A stretch of 62,222 nt of DNA, counting the filler, from Gonapodya sp. JEL0774 (lineage: Eukaryota), in the NCBI GenBank assembly GCA_027604505.1. It is 7 parts of 7 records of this genome, joined end to end, with 100 filler letters (N's around TTAATTAATTAA, not from the genome) between each part and the next. Parts side by side here need not be neighbours in the genome. Positions count along the whole stretch, not along the records: positions 1 to 8,871 come from JADIIX010000434.1; positions 8,972 to 17,827 come from JADIIX010000435.1; 5 more parts are not named here. One strand, given 5' to 3'. The notes beneath the pieces are model-generated. The model made no database searches. It was not told the origin of the DNA and saw only the letters and a list, made by a program, of their open reading frames with translations. A program made the position numbers and the translations under genes. This document shows positions 1 through 11,733 of this stretch, piece by piece. The stretch's first letter is position 1. Each line of letters begins with the position of its first letter.

Positions 1-3000
1 CAGGGGACTTTTTCTTCCTCAAATCTGCAACTCTCACTTTTGACGGTGCTTTTGATGTTTGGTTCCACCCAATGTACAGTCTCGGCTACGCTCATTACTA
101 TGCCGTGAGTGGTAGTTTGCGCCTTTTCCTGCTAGCAGATTGTATCCATATCGTGAATGTTTATAGGCTACTCTCGTATCGCAATCGTATACCGTTCTCT
201 TCGTCAGTCTCTTCGCACACGCCTGCCAAATGGCTTTCCTCTACCTTGTTGAGAACCCGCACATTGAAAAGATCTACGGCAGTGAAGATGGAACGTCTGC
301 AAACGGCTACGCATCCTCACGACCCAACACCGCTCAACCTCACGAACTGAAAATGTACTTCCGGAACGACATGGTCGTGCTCAAGGGGTTTGATTGGATG
401 CGGAGTTCGGATTTACTCTCCGCTGCTATCATGCTCCAGAGTATCGCTGTCTCGCTGTGGTTCGGGAAAACTTTAAGCCCAGCGTGGCTGACAGGGTAAG
501 ATGAGTGTGGGTGTGTTTTACAACGCTGCATCTGAAGAGTCAACCATTGTTTTTGTCTAGGCAAGCGATCCTATGGCGAACTCTCTTCACATGGGGGACG
601 GCTATTGGTGGGATTCGACAGTTGTTCGCGTCGTTCACGCATGTGTGCAATTCATCTAAAACACTCGTGGTATCATAGTGCTCCATTTCCAATCGAAAAA
701 CCGGTTTTGGACGAAGCACTTTGTCAAGAACGGTGAAGGTGTCAAGGAAGCCTTTGATAACTGGAAACGGTGAGCATGAAATGGCTGGTTTTTCTCGAGG
801 CAGTCAATCCACCGACAGAGGAACGAATCTCGATGAATGAACTCGACTCTCGTGCTCTATCCTCAGGATTTACAATCTTACTATGGTTATGGCATATACA
901 TCATTTATTCTGCTCTTTATCCGGATGTACAAGTTCCCCGGTCTGTGGCTCGGTAACTGGATTGACGGAGATGTCTTGCTTCGGCACCTCGTTGGGCTGG
1001 TGCGTGGTTTTGTATTTGTTCGGGCAGTTATACGAATGGATTCCTTGTTTGACTGCATTCCGAATCTCAGTTACTCGTGGGACTACACACGTGGACGTCG
1101 GCGTCCATCTATGAGGTTCTCGGCGACTACGGGTGGTTCTATGGAGATTTCTTCCTTCCCCCACCGTCATCTGGTGTCAAGTACACCGGAATCTACCGTT
1201 TCCTCAACAACCCAGAAAAGGTCATTGGCCAGGCATCATTGTGGGGCCTGACCCTCATCAGTGGCTCGTGGACCATGTTCGCCGTTTCCCTCTTTGGCCA
1301 TGTCTCGTCCTTCCTGTTTTTGCATTACGTAGAGAGGCCACATATGCATAAAGTGTACGGGGAGTCTGTTCGGGAGCTTGGCGGCATCGAACGAGTGCTG
1401 CTGAAGGAAGTCCGGGAAACGCTCACGAGCCCCATGATGGCACCATTGGTGGAGAAAGTGGCACCCATCTTGGAAGGTGTCACCAAGGACACCAAAGTCA
1501 TTGGACGGCGCGTGGAAGATTTGGGTAAAGAGGTCATGGAACGTCTCCGTGTCGAGGTGTTGGAGAGGGTGGAAGATGAAGTCCTCCGCAGTTCCAACAT
1601 CCCAAGATCGTGGAAAGAGGACATTCGAAAGCGGCGGGCGCGGCGGGCTCGGGATATCGAACGGTTGATCTCGGATAGGGAGGATTATGGGGATGAATTG
1701 GCATACGACATGAACGGAGTGGCCGGTTCGAGCGATGGCGAGCAAGGAGCGCAACACCAAGCGGCAAACGGAGTTCGCAGACGTCTCATCCGGCGTCGAT
1801 CGTCCGGCGATACGACGCCCATCGTGTCCGAAGACGACGATGAGCCAGATTCACCCGTTGGCGGGGCCGCGGCTGACCCCTCGAACCACTCATCGAATCC
1901 CCCCTCCCACCGTACTCACACGCGGAACCGTCTCTCAGACTCGTCGTCGAGTCTGTCAAAGACGCTCTCACTCAGCGACATCTTTGCTACCCTGTCGCGC
2001 GCGAACCCCGCCGCGGTAGGTCTTCCCATCCCCGAATTAGGCGTCAAGGTCAGCCACCCTGCACACTTTGACGAGCTCCGGGATGCGTTTTCCGTCTCTG
2101 TTTCCGATGCTCAAGCTGCAACAGACGGTGGGCCAAGGACAGTCCTTTTCGGACGTCGGCTGAGGATCCACGTGACTGTGCCCGTGCAATCCCTCACCCC
2201 GCGAGATTGGGTCGGCATCTACCGCCTTGGCGACAACCCGCATACACACCGCACCACAGTGCGCAGCGGTGCCAAGTGGGTGTACGTGTGGAACAACCGG
2301 GGCGCGGGGGACGATGTCGACGAAGAAGCCGACAGGGAAGGAATCGAGAGGTTGCGGGTGCGGGACAGACAGGAAGATGGGGATCGCCGGTGTCGCACCG
2401 TGCGAGTCGCTTCAACTGGGCAGGACAACAAGGAGGTGCAGGTGGTGGACCTCGAGGTGGAACTCGCGGGCGAGCGACTTCCGTGGACGCAGGGCGTGTG
2501 GGAAGCCCGCCTCCACCACGACGGAGGGTACGGGTGTGTTGCCGTGAGCGCACCGTTTGAAGTCACGGTGGGCGCACTGGTGGGCGAGGCGGAGGGCGCC
2601 AAGGGAGGGGAGGCGGGCAGCGAGGTGCTAGTGGAAGATGGCCTGGTGAGCCAGCTCGTGCCCCTCATCAGCCGGTGTCTGGAACTGGACGGCGAGCAGG
2701 CACAGCTGGACCCAGACGCGGATATCGCGGTTCTCATGGGGTGGCCCGTAGGTGGGGCGCCGCCGAGTGAGTTGCTGGCAATTATTATTTGTTACCGCTG
2801 TCGGTGGTTGCGCCATGTTGGTGCTCATGCCGTCTCACCTCCCTCTCACTCCCCCATCCTGGCAACCTCCCCCCCACACACACATACACAAAAAAGCCGG
2901 CCCTAAGCAACGGCAAAAACACACCATGAGCCTCCGTATCGTGCACGCCGTGGCCGCACTCACGGGTGTCGAGTTCTCGTGGCGGGTGGTGGAGATGGCA

Positions 3001-3155
3001 GGGAGCGTGAGGGGTGTGGCGCGCAAGGTACGTAAAGGGGAGAGGGGGGTGTTGGGAAAGGCGCGATGGCGTGCGGTTGGGCTCAAGTCATGTTTTTTCG
3101 TTCGTTTCTTCAGATCATCGAAGCACGGTCCGTGATGTCGCCCGAGGTGGACTGA
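1..3155 (+). CDS. CHO2: Phosphatidylethanolamine N-methyltransferase (Cho2/Pem1 type), multi-exon, 5'-truncated at contig start
   Basis: Two PEMT repeats: [28 protein letters not shown] / [11 protein letters not shown] and [39 protein letters not shown]-terminal [31 protein letters not shown] introns at e.g. 105-166 and 496-560. Last exon [13 protein letters not shown] ends at 3155. Confidence 0.93.
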
Positions 3156-4414
3156 TACATTAATCACGCGTCTCGTCTGGGTGTCAGATCAGTCTGAGAC
3201 ACCAGGGGCCGGGGTGAGGGTCAGAGAATATGTGACGTGTGGATCGATCGATGGCGATACTCATTAGAATTGTTTGTTACGAGGGGTGGAGATCGAGTGG
3301 CCGTTTATGTATATGTATGCACGTCGCATCTGCCGTGCATTTGTAGAGACCTAGTTAGATCAAAGCGATTTTCATGTCATGAACCTTACAACCAAGCTCT
3401 GCATCCACTCCTTCACACCAAAACGTAGGCCAGAGACCACGGTTCAGATGGGCGTTCCTTACCACCACCCAGCGCCCCGCCGCCCTGCCCACCCGTACCT
3501 GTCTGTACCCCCCGCCCCCCCTCCCTCTCTCGACCCAAGGTGCAAGGTATTTTGGGGTGCTTTGGGGGGCGTTAGAGTAATATCGAAGTAATAGTGAACT
3601 AATGGCGAAGTAATATCGACTTATGCCCCTGCATCGCACATTCATGTTTCGACCCATGCGTGTCACTCCACCCACCCAGTGTTTTGCCAACGACCTGACC
3701 TGACAAATGGAAAGGCTGATTGTGCTATGTATACCAGATCTTTTGCGTTTGGATTTCTCACATGAGATTTCAACAATGCACTATATATATACAATGACCC
3801 CACCTCGTCCATTCTACCTCGCCAAAAAGCTCCAAGCTACAAGCTAACGTGCTATCGCAATATCGCAGGAAAAAAAAAAAGCGCGAATATCGCAAGTGAC
3901 AAGCGCGGCCCCGGCGTTTGGCTGCTGCCTGTATGGCCGTTGGCGGGGTTGGGGGTGGGGGCGGTCGCCGGTGGCCTAGCCTGGGGCCCGTTTGTATGGT
4001 CGCTCGTACGTACGGCTGCGTGGCTGGGGTGGGCTGGTGGGCCGGTGGGCGCACGAGGCACTGCGCACCAGGTGCCGCTCTGGTGAACCGGGTGCGGAAC
4101 CCACGCACCCACGCACCAACGCACCAACACACGCACCGCACGTGGTTGAACGGGTATGTATGTGTGTACATTGTATATTTGTATGTATCACTCTTCTCTG
4201 TTGTTTTTTCCGGGGGAGCGGGGAAGGGTGTAGGCCGTAGGGTAGGGTAGGGTAAGAAGAATCGCCGGTGCACTGTGCCCTCTCCCCCTGCCCTCTGCCC
4301 TGTACCCTCTTGGGTCCATGTTCCGGGTTCCAGGCTCGCTGGCTCGCCGGGCAACAACCTGCACTGTGTACGGTACGCACCATGGTATCCACTTTGTCCC
4401 CAATCCCCATATGC

Positions 4415-6048
4415 CTATAATCTCTCTGCACTCCCCCCCTCGCAGTCCCGAGTCACCCTACCGTCCGTCATGTCCGTCACATACATCACGTGCGCCACTT
4501 CTTTCACAACTGTGCTCCTGACCCCGTTCCCGTTCCCCTTCCCCTTCTCAACCCCCCCTCCCCCCCCCTCGACCTCCTCCGCTCTCACTTCCCCCTCCAC
4601 CCACCCTACATACGCGATCCCTCCTCCGACCCCGACCCACCACCCACGTCCCGCCACCCCTCACCCATGGCCACGACCAGGGCCGCGTCGCCCACCTCGC
4701 GGGCCACGCGGTAGGTGGTGAAGAAGGACACCACGCGCGTGGGGAAGGCGAAAAAGCCCTGGGGAGGGAGGGGGGCGGGGATGGAGGCGAGGGGGGGGAG
4801 GGGCAGGTTGGGGGGGGAGTGCGGGAAGGGTGGGTGGGTGGGAGAGGTGGGACGGGAGTGTGAGGAGGAGGCGGAGAGGGACTGGAGGATGGACTGGGCG
4901 TCTTTCCTCCGGGCCGATATGGAGTCGTCGTCGTCGCCGGGTTGGACCATCCCCGTGCCCTGGGGGATCTGGAGGACCTCTGCAGTCGGGTCCACATCGG
5001 CCACGGCCCCAGTGCCGGCCGTCCCCGCCGTCGTGGTGGCGACGGCAACGGCCAACCCATCGCTCACCCCGCGCTCCACCTCCTCATAGGACCGGGACCC
5101 CAGGGCGATGAGGCCTGATTCGAGCGGGGTGGCCAGGCGTAAGCCTGTTTGGGGGTCGGCTGTCGACGTCGACGTGGCGGGGGCGATGGCGGGGGAGGAA
5201 GGGGATGAGGACAGGTGGAGTATGGTGCGACGGCGGATGTCGGCGTGAAGGGCGGAGGGGGTGAAGGATTCGATGAGCTGTGTGTGTGTGTGGGAGGGGG
5301 GGGGGAGGGCCGGGTGGTGGTGTATAATGTGGGTGAGAAGTGTGCGTCATGTGTGCCTCCATCCCCTCCTGCATTCGGCTCGATCCGGCAGATGAGGACT
5401 CGAATCACTCTCGGACACGTGCGCTCCCTTCCCTTCCCCCACCACCCCCATCGCCCATCGCCCATCCCTCTACTCCCACGACCAACATACCTCGTAGTCC
5501 ATTGCGGCGGCGTCGAATACTTTGGGAAGGGTGGGGTGAGTGGGTGAGAGAGTTGGGAGGATGGTGCGGTGAAGGGGCCAGGCCCGTGGAATTGTGGACA
5601 CAGACACCATGCGACGACACGAAGACATGACTGCCCCCCAGAATCAAAAAAACTCACTAGGTTTCACGTGTTGTTTGAACAAAGCCCTCAATTTCGAGGC
5701 GTTGTTGTGTCCGTCTGGGGGAGCGATGCAGACAAAGTACCTCGGGTGTGGTTTCTTGACGTCCCACGGCTCGTCTGCCTTTTTGGACGCCTTGAGGACG
5801 AGTTCGTCGTGGACTTGTTGGGTCAAGTACGCGTCGCGTCTGTTGAGAGCGATGAGTGATGCGGAGAAAGAGATGAAGAGAAGCCAGGGAGTTGAGGGGA
5901 GACGGGAGCGGAGACGGGCCAGGAGGGGGAGCGGGGGAGTGGGAGTGGGTGGGTGTGCTGTGGTCATGGGAATGGGAATTGGATCCAGGGAGAGTGCGAT
6001 GGGAGACGCTGATGGGGCCTGTTTGGTGGTGGTGAAGACGTGGCTCAT
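4415..6048 (-). CDS. TIM54: Mitochondrial inner-membrane translocase subunit Tim54-like (3' end approximate)
   Basis: PWLLFISFSASLIALNRRDA TM, then YFVCIAPPDG..LRALFKQHVKP spliced to VFDAAAMDYE, later GFFAFPTRVVSFFTTYRVAREVGDAALVVA. These match fungal Tim54 motifs. Confidence 0.75.
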
Positions 6049-6813
6049 GTGAAGTCCATTTTTGGTACATTCCATCCATCCCCGACCACAGCACCCTCTC
6101 CACAACCCCCCTACTCTCCTGTCTGATCCCTGACACATCTGCCCACTCCCTTCATTGCCTCTCTCCTCACTTCTTCATATCTCCCATCCCATATCATCTA
6201 CTGCTGACCTTGTGGCCATCCGTGATGCCATGCTGAGTGCGCTCTGTCTGTCCGTGACCTCCCAATCAAACTCCCGTTTTCAATTTTGCTGCTGTAAAGC
6301 CACATGCGGCGGCGTCTATTGGAAACAGAACCCGACTTACGTCGGCGCAACAGGAGTGGAACCCCGACCCCTTTGTGGGAATCCCTTTGTGGGACCCAAG
6401 TACATAGTTCTTGTCAAACACCGATCGGACGTCGACGGGACAATGACCGGGGTTCGACAGTGCGATCTGTGTTTGGAGAAGAACCATGTATACGTGGTCG
6501 GCCGGTCCTTGGACTATCGGCGTGAACTGTCAACTCGTAGACCCACTTGAGAGACACATTTCGCAACATGCATGCAACAGCACAAAGCGAAAGTCTTGCA
6601 AGAAAAAGACTTGTTTCTTCGATCGGGATCTATATATTTTCAGAGAGAGCTCCTAACTGGGGAATCACCACGAGTCCTTCACGTTAATTCCCTAGCCATC
6701 CATAGCTTTCCACTGACCTCCAATCCAAAGCCCCCTTGTCGACGCAAAACATCAAAAATTTCTTATGTACAATCATGTATATGCGATCCTCTTCGTATGT
6801 TTTATTTTTCTTA

Positions 6814-8871
6814 TCATCGCTTCCCCACGTACGTTGCCGGAACCAGTCCTTCCTTCCCCTTGAACGATATCTTGACCCACCCGTCCTGCTCAGGCTCCAC
6901 GATCTTCACCGGACTGCGCTCTTTGACCGTGATTTCTTCGTCGTTGAGGGCCTCTGGAAGGTCAGGAGGCATGAAAAGGAACGTCGGATGACTATTCTTT
7001 ATCAACGCTAAACAAGTCGTATTTGTCGCCCCCAGGCACTCACCGTAATCGTAAAGCATCAACGCCGATCCCAAGTCCGTCATCGAGTTTCGTATCGCTC
7101 CTAACGATCCGTGCACCACGCTCGCCCGCTTGTTCTGTGTCTGCGCATGCGCCTGCGCTGCCGCCGCAGAGGACGGTGACGACGCCGCCGCAACGGTCGC
7201 AGATCCCACCGTCGAGGGGGACGCGGCAGAGGCGGTCGAGGTGGACGAACACGGTTCGAGGTAGGACGTGGGAACGACACCTTCGTGGCCGCCAAGGGAG
7301 ATCTTGGTCCATCCGTCCAGGTCCGGTTCGACGATTTCGACGATGTCGCCTTCGGTAACGCTAGTACGATGGATCGATTTTTTTTTAGAGCGTGTCGAAT
7401 AAAGAGCGAGAAAGGATCATCACCTGATCTCTTCGTCGGTTTGCTTCGTGTAAGAGTAGATCGCTCTGCTCAGGGTACTCGACATGGCTGGTAGGTAGGC
7501 TCCTTCACATCAAAATCGCACGCGAGGAAAAGCGTAGTAGAGGAGCACTCACATACACTACTCTCCATTGTCTCCAACCGTCTTCCTCCGACCCCAAGCA
7601 AGCCCTGCGAAACCCGTGTGCTCGCGTCAGGTGACCACTCTCCCCCGTCTCCCGCCACAGAACTCCTGTTCGATACACCTTCCACAGCAGCACCAAACGA
7701 TGCGGACGTTTTCCTGCTGACCGACGACGATCCGACTCTCCCGTGCCCGCTCGACTTCACTCCCGAGCAACTCGGCGAAACTCTCAGCTCGCACCGATGA
7801 TGCACGTTGAAGCCACACTCGCTGCAGGTCTTGCCCTTACCCATGCCCCAGATCGACTGTCCGCACAGATCGCACGGCGAAGGTAGGGTGAAATTGGTCT
7901 GCTTGAACTTGTGAAAGGGACCGGCGTCCTTGGTTTCGCCGACTTGGGCGGCGATCACGTCGATTTGGGATTGTATCTTGGCCCGAGAGATGTCCACCAG
8001 GGCCAGTTCTCGCTGCGAGTCGAGGAGCTGCTCGCGGACCAGGTCTGCGTCGCCCAAACGTGGATCTCGCCGGTACGAATCCATGAGGGTCGTCAATCCG
8101 GTTATTTCTTTACTCTTGGCGTTGGCATTCTCTCCCAGGTCCACAAGCCGTGCTCGGTACTTTGCCAGCTTGTTCAAAAGGACCACCTTGCTCTCGTGGT
8201 CTTGCTCCAACCCTTCCTTGTCCACCCAAAGAGGTGTCGACTCGAAAACGAACTTGGGCGCATCAGCAAACGCCTTTTTATTGTGTTGCGAGAACATGGC
8301 GCAGTCGGCGGCGGCGTCCACGGCTGTGCACGCGGCGGCAGCCGTTTCCACGTGCCGGGCGAGCTGTTCGTGGGAAGATCGATCGAGAGAGCAGAAAGCG
8401 GTGAGGAGAAATTTGAGAGATGTGGTCTCCGACTCTTTGAGAGATTGCATGTTCTTGAGTGATGCAAGCGGTGGTGGCATCTGTCATCCGATGGCGATCG
8501 GTACTAAACAGATAACGCTGGTCATACCTCAAGCAATTGAGGCAAATCTACGGAGTAGAATCGTTTCGAGGTGGCGTTCGTCGATTCGATTGTGAGCAGG
8601 TAAGCATTCTTGGGGCGAGGAGAATCGCTTGATATCAATATGTAATGAAACTTCCCGTAACCGATCCCGGAGTTTCACTCTCACTTTTTGTTCACGCATC
8701 CTTAGAATTTCTGCATTCCACTGTCTTTTTAGCTAGATAAATGCACGCTCGAGACATCAGTGGCTGTTCAAGCAATAGGGCTCCGTTTGGACCTGCACCT
8801 TCTCTTGTAACTTGGGATCATCCTGTGGTGCCCGTTCAAACCTGACTTTCGCTGCTTCTACACCATCACAT
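6814..8871 (-). CDS. BZZ1: F-BAR + C1 + tandem SH3 protein (Bzz1), 5'-truncated
   Basis: Coiled-coil region, C1 domain HKFKQTNFTLPSPCDLCGQSIWG..CSECGFNVHHRCELRVSPSC, and a C-terminal SH3 (ALMLYDY..EEITVKE..VKIVEPEQDGWVKI..GKEGLVPATYV). A further SH3-like exon lies near 7260-7470. Confidence 0.88.
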
Positions 8872-8971
8872 NNNNNNNNNNNNNNNNNNNNNNNNNNNNN
8901 NNNNNNNNNNNNNNNTTAATTAATTAANNNNNNNNNNNNNNNNNNNNNNNNNNNNNNNNNNNNNNNNNNNN
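8872..8971. other. Artificial contig linker (N44-TTAATTAATTAA-N44)
   Basis: 100-nt spacer with six-frame stop sequence, seen directly. Confidence 0.99.
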
Positions 8972-9287
8972 CTTGGCAATGAATGACGATGTTCGAACCT
9001 CCATGTCAGTTGATCAGGAAGAGCACGATCCGAAAAGAACAAAATAAGCAAGTAGAAGGCCACTACACTGCTTTGAGAATCTTCGAACTCTTCGGCCCCC
9101 TCATGTGAAGGGGGCCATCATTATGCATTGATCTGACACTTTGTCTTGCTACATGATCAGAGACGTCTAATTGGCCAGCCAGATATTTTCCATATAATTC
9201 ACCAGTGACCAGTCGCTGCTGCGCATTTACGCAACTTTCTTGATCCGCAACTGATCCCAAAACACCGGGGCTTGCAATCCATATTCA

Positions 9288-11733
9288 TCAGCTCGTTGCA
9301 GCGCCACTCACAGACTCCCTTCTTCCTACCCTTGAAGTCTTCGCTTCGAGACCAGATTCACCATTGGATGCTTTCGGCTTGTTGCTTGGACCGAGTAGTG
9401 ATTTGTGTTCTGAAACGGGACCAGATTAGAGACAGATGTGTTCATGAAGTAAGACAAGAGGTAAAGTTGTTTGCGGAGACTCACGTTTGAGGGCGTTAGC
9501 AAAGATCGTCACCATTTCCATGAAGTTGTCTTGGAGCTGATAGATTTCGTTGACGATAGAGATTCGCGTTTTCACTCTACCCTCGCGAATGTCTGTGAAA
9601 TCGAACTTGATCGCTTTGCGGATTGTGCTCAAAATGTCGTTCAAGGGTTTTGCGATGAAGATCCATACGAACAGAACCGCAACCAGAGACATCACAGAGA
9701 CAACAGCAACCGCTGCGAAAGGAATGAACCAAGGGAGTGGTGAGGGCGACGTGGAGTGCTAGCCCAGCCGGTGCCTCACTAACTCACCAGAAGCGATCAC
9801 CACAATCATCGCGCGAATCCCTTCCTTCTTCAAGTTGTCGGCCAGATAAATGGTGTCCCCCAAATAGTCCTCGAGTGGTCTGATAGACAGCACGACGGAA
9901 GAATGGCCAGATTACACCGGTAACAAACGCTACTGCGCAAATGAAAACTGCTCACGCTGCTGTTACAACAATGTAGCGATAGCCATAAACATCCTTGGTC
10001 TTCACACTGAACATGTATGCCTCGGTGTGCCATGATTTATCGAGGGATGTTGACAATAAATTGCCACCCGAGTACTCGAGCAGGGCCGACGCAGAGAGGT
10101 TCAGAAGAGGGAAAGAATCGCTGTCGTAGTCGAATATGGTTTTCAGACCGAAAATTCCGTATGTTGGGTCGATGATCTTCCTCAGAGTCTGAGGTAGTTT
10201 GCGGTGCATGATCAGCTGCAGATCAACATACGAAGTACTCGCAAACGCCAGAAGAACCCACCTGCACCTGCACAGTGCTATTTCCGAGACCTGAAATCGC
10301 CAAAACCTCTCTCATGGGCGAGATGACGTAAAACATCGTGTTTGGCGTCGTGGAGCTCTTCACCTCGTCGAGCATGGCGCAAAACTTCTGCACCGAGTAG
10401 CCGAGAAAACTCCACCCAATTTGCACCCCGTTTCGATTGAAGATACCCAGGTATAATGACTGGAGAATCTCATCGCCATACACCTGTGGGCCCGTGATGA
10501 CCGGAACGTCCTTGGTTAGATTACCGGGCTTTGTCGGATCTGGTACGCCAATGATTCGGGACTGCACGTTGAGGGTATCGGGATCAAGTCCGTAGAATAC
10601 AAGTTGACCGTTGGTGGAGTTGACGGGGCAGAACCGGTTGCAGGTGTAGTTTACGGTGGAAATGATGAGACCGAGTGAGTATCCGGCGCTCTTGAAGACG
10701 AGATTTCTTCCCAATGCCAAGGTGTTTAGGGGCGCAAAGTTTGTTGTTCCGAATAATGTGACATTGTCTGGAGTACACGGAATAGGAGCGTGCGAGTTTG
10801 ATGGACTTGTATTGAGCGAAACACGGTTGTTTCAGATGGGAGTGTGCAGTTTCACACCACTCACCAGCAATTTGGAACTTCCAAAGAGTCGCGTTCAGAA
10901 AAGGCAACAAGTTACTGCGCGGGAACGATAGTGAAATATGTTTCATCACACGATAGACGAACGCTTGGCACTCTTCTCCGAAACAATAGCTCCCAAGGAC
11001 TCACTCTTGATCTGTGAGAGAGAACTTTTCCGAAGCAATTGCTAGGTTGACGGTTTGTGACGCGAGATGCATCTTGGGGTTGAAAGGCGGAAGTCAAAAT
11101 TAGATGGTGCACAAATTTTCTCGCTTCCGTCAAATACACGAGAAAGCGAGGCTACCGCAGGGAGCTTGAAAGTCATTCATACCTGGAGAACGTATGAGTC
11201 TTAAATAATTTGCAGTCCGATTGTATCGCAAGCGTTAGATTTCAAATTCTGCCGCGGACCAGATCTGTGGATAATTGATTATGGGACACGTACCAATAGC
11301 ACTTGCAATTTTAGCGCTCGTGTCGCTTTGCCTCGCGGCGGCAAGAGACTGGATGCTTTTGGAGGCTGCGAATTTTCATGTTTCTGTGAGTGGTCGGAGT
11401 TCGTCGACCAGGCGGATTGTTTGAAGGTTCACCTTGTTCCGACGAGCTCGCTATGCTCTTGTTGTTCGTCACTACACCGATTGAGACTGTGATGCCAGCG
11501 ACGAGAATGGTACTACAGTGAGTGTCGTCATTAGATTTTAGGGATGTGTTTGCAAATCACATTAGAAGTGCACCGCTCTGAAAGGAAGAATGAACTCACC
11601 TCCAAAGAACGAGGAGTATAATGATGGTCCGGAGGTTACATCCACATCTAGGAGCTTGGATATTCTCTTTGGCAATTACACTTTGAGTCGCATCCGAGTC
11701 GTTCAGAGTACGGGATTCTTGGATGGAAGCCAT
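9288..11733 (-). CDS. Two-TM sensor-like protein: extracellular Cache/PDC-like domain + HAMP-like segment, no output domain
   Basis: Exon 1 MASIQESRT..LRTIIILLVLW and TILVAGITVSIGV form TM1. Beta-rich extracellular exons end YRYIVVTAA / PLEDYLGD. TM2 is followed by IAKPLNDILSTIRKAIKFDFTDIREGRVKTRISIVNEIYQLQDNFMEMVTIFANALK. Final exon QHKSLLGPSNK..AATS* stops at 9288. Confidence 0.7.

Noticed and set aside
4236..4256. Telomere repeat
   Set aside because: Only three TAGGG units, internal to the contig and not TTAGGG.
1133..8595. Numerous overlapping or antisense ORFs in contig 1
   Set aside because: Shadow frames of GC-rich CHO2, TIM54 and BZZ1 coding sequence.
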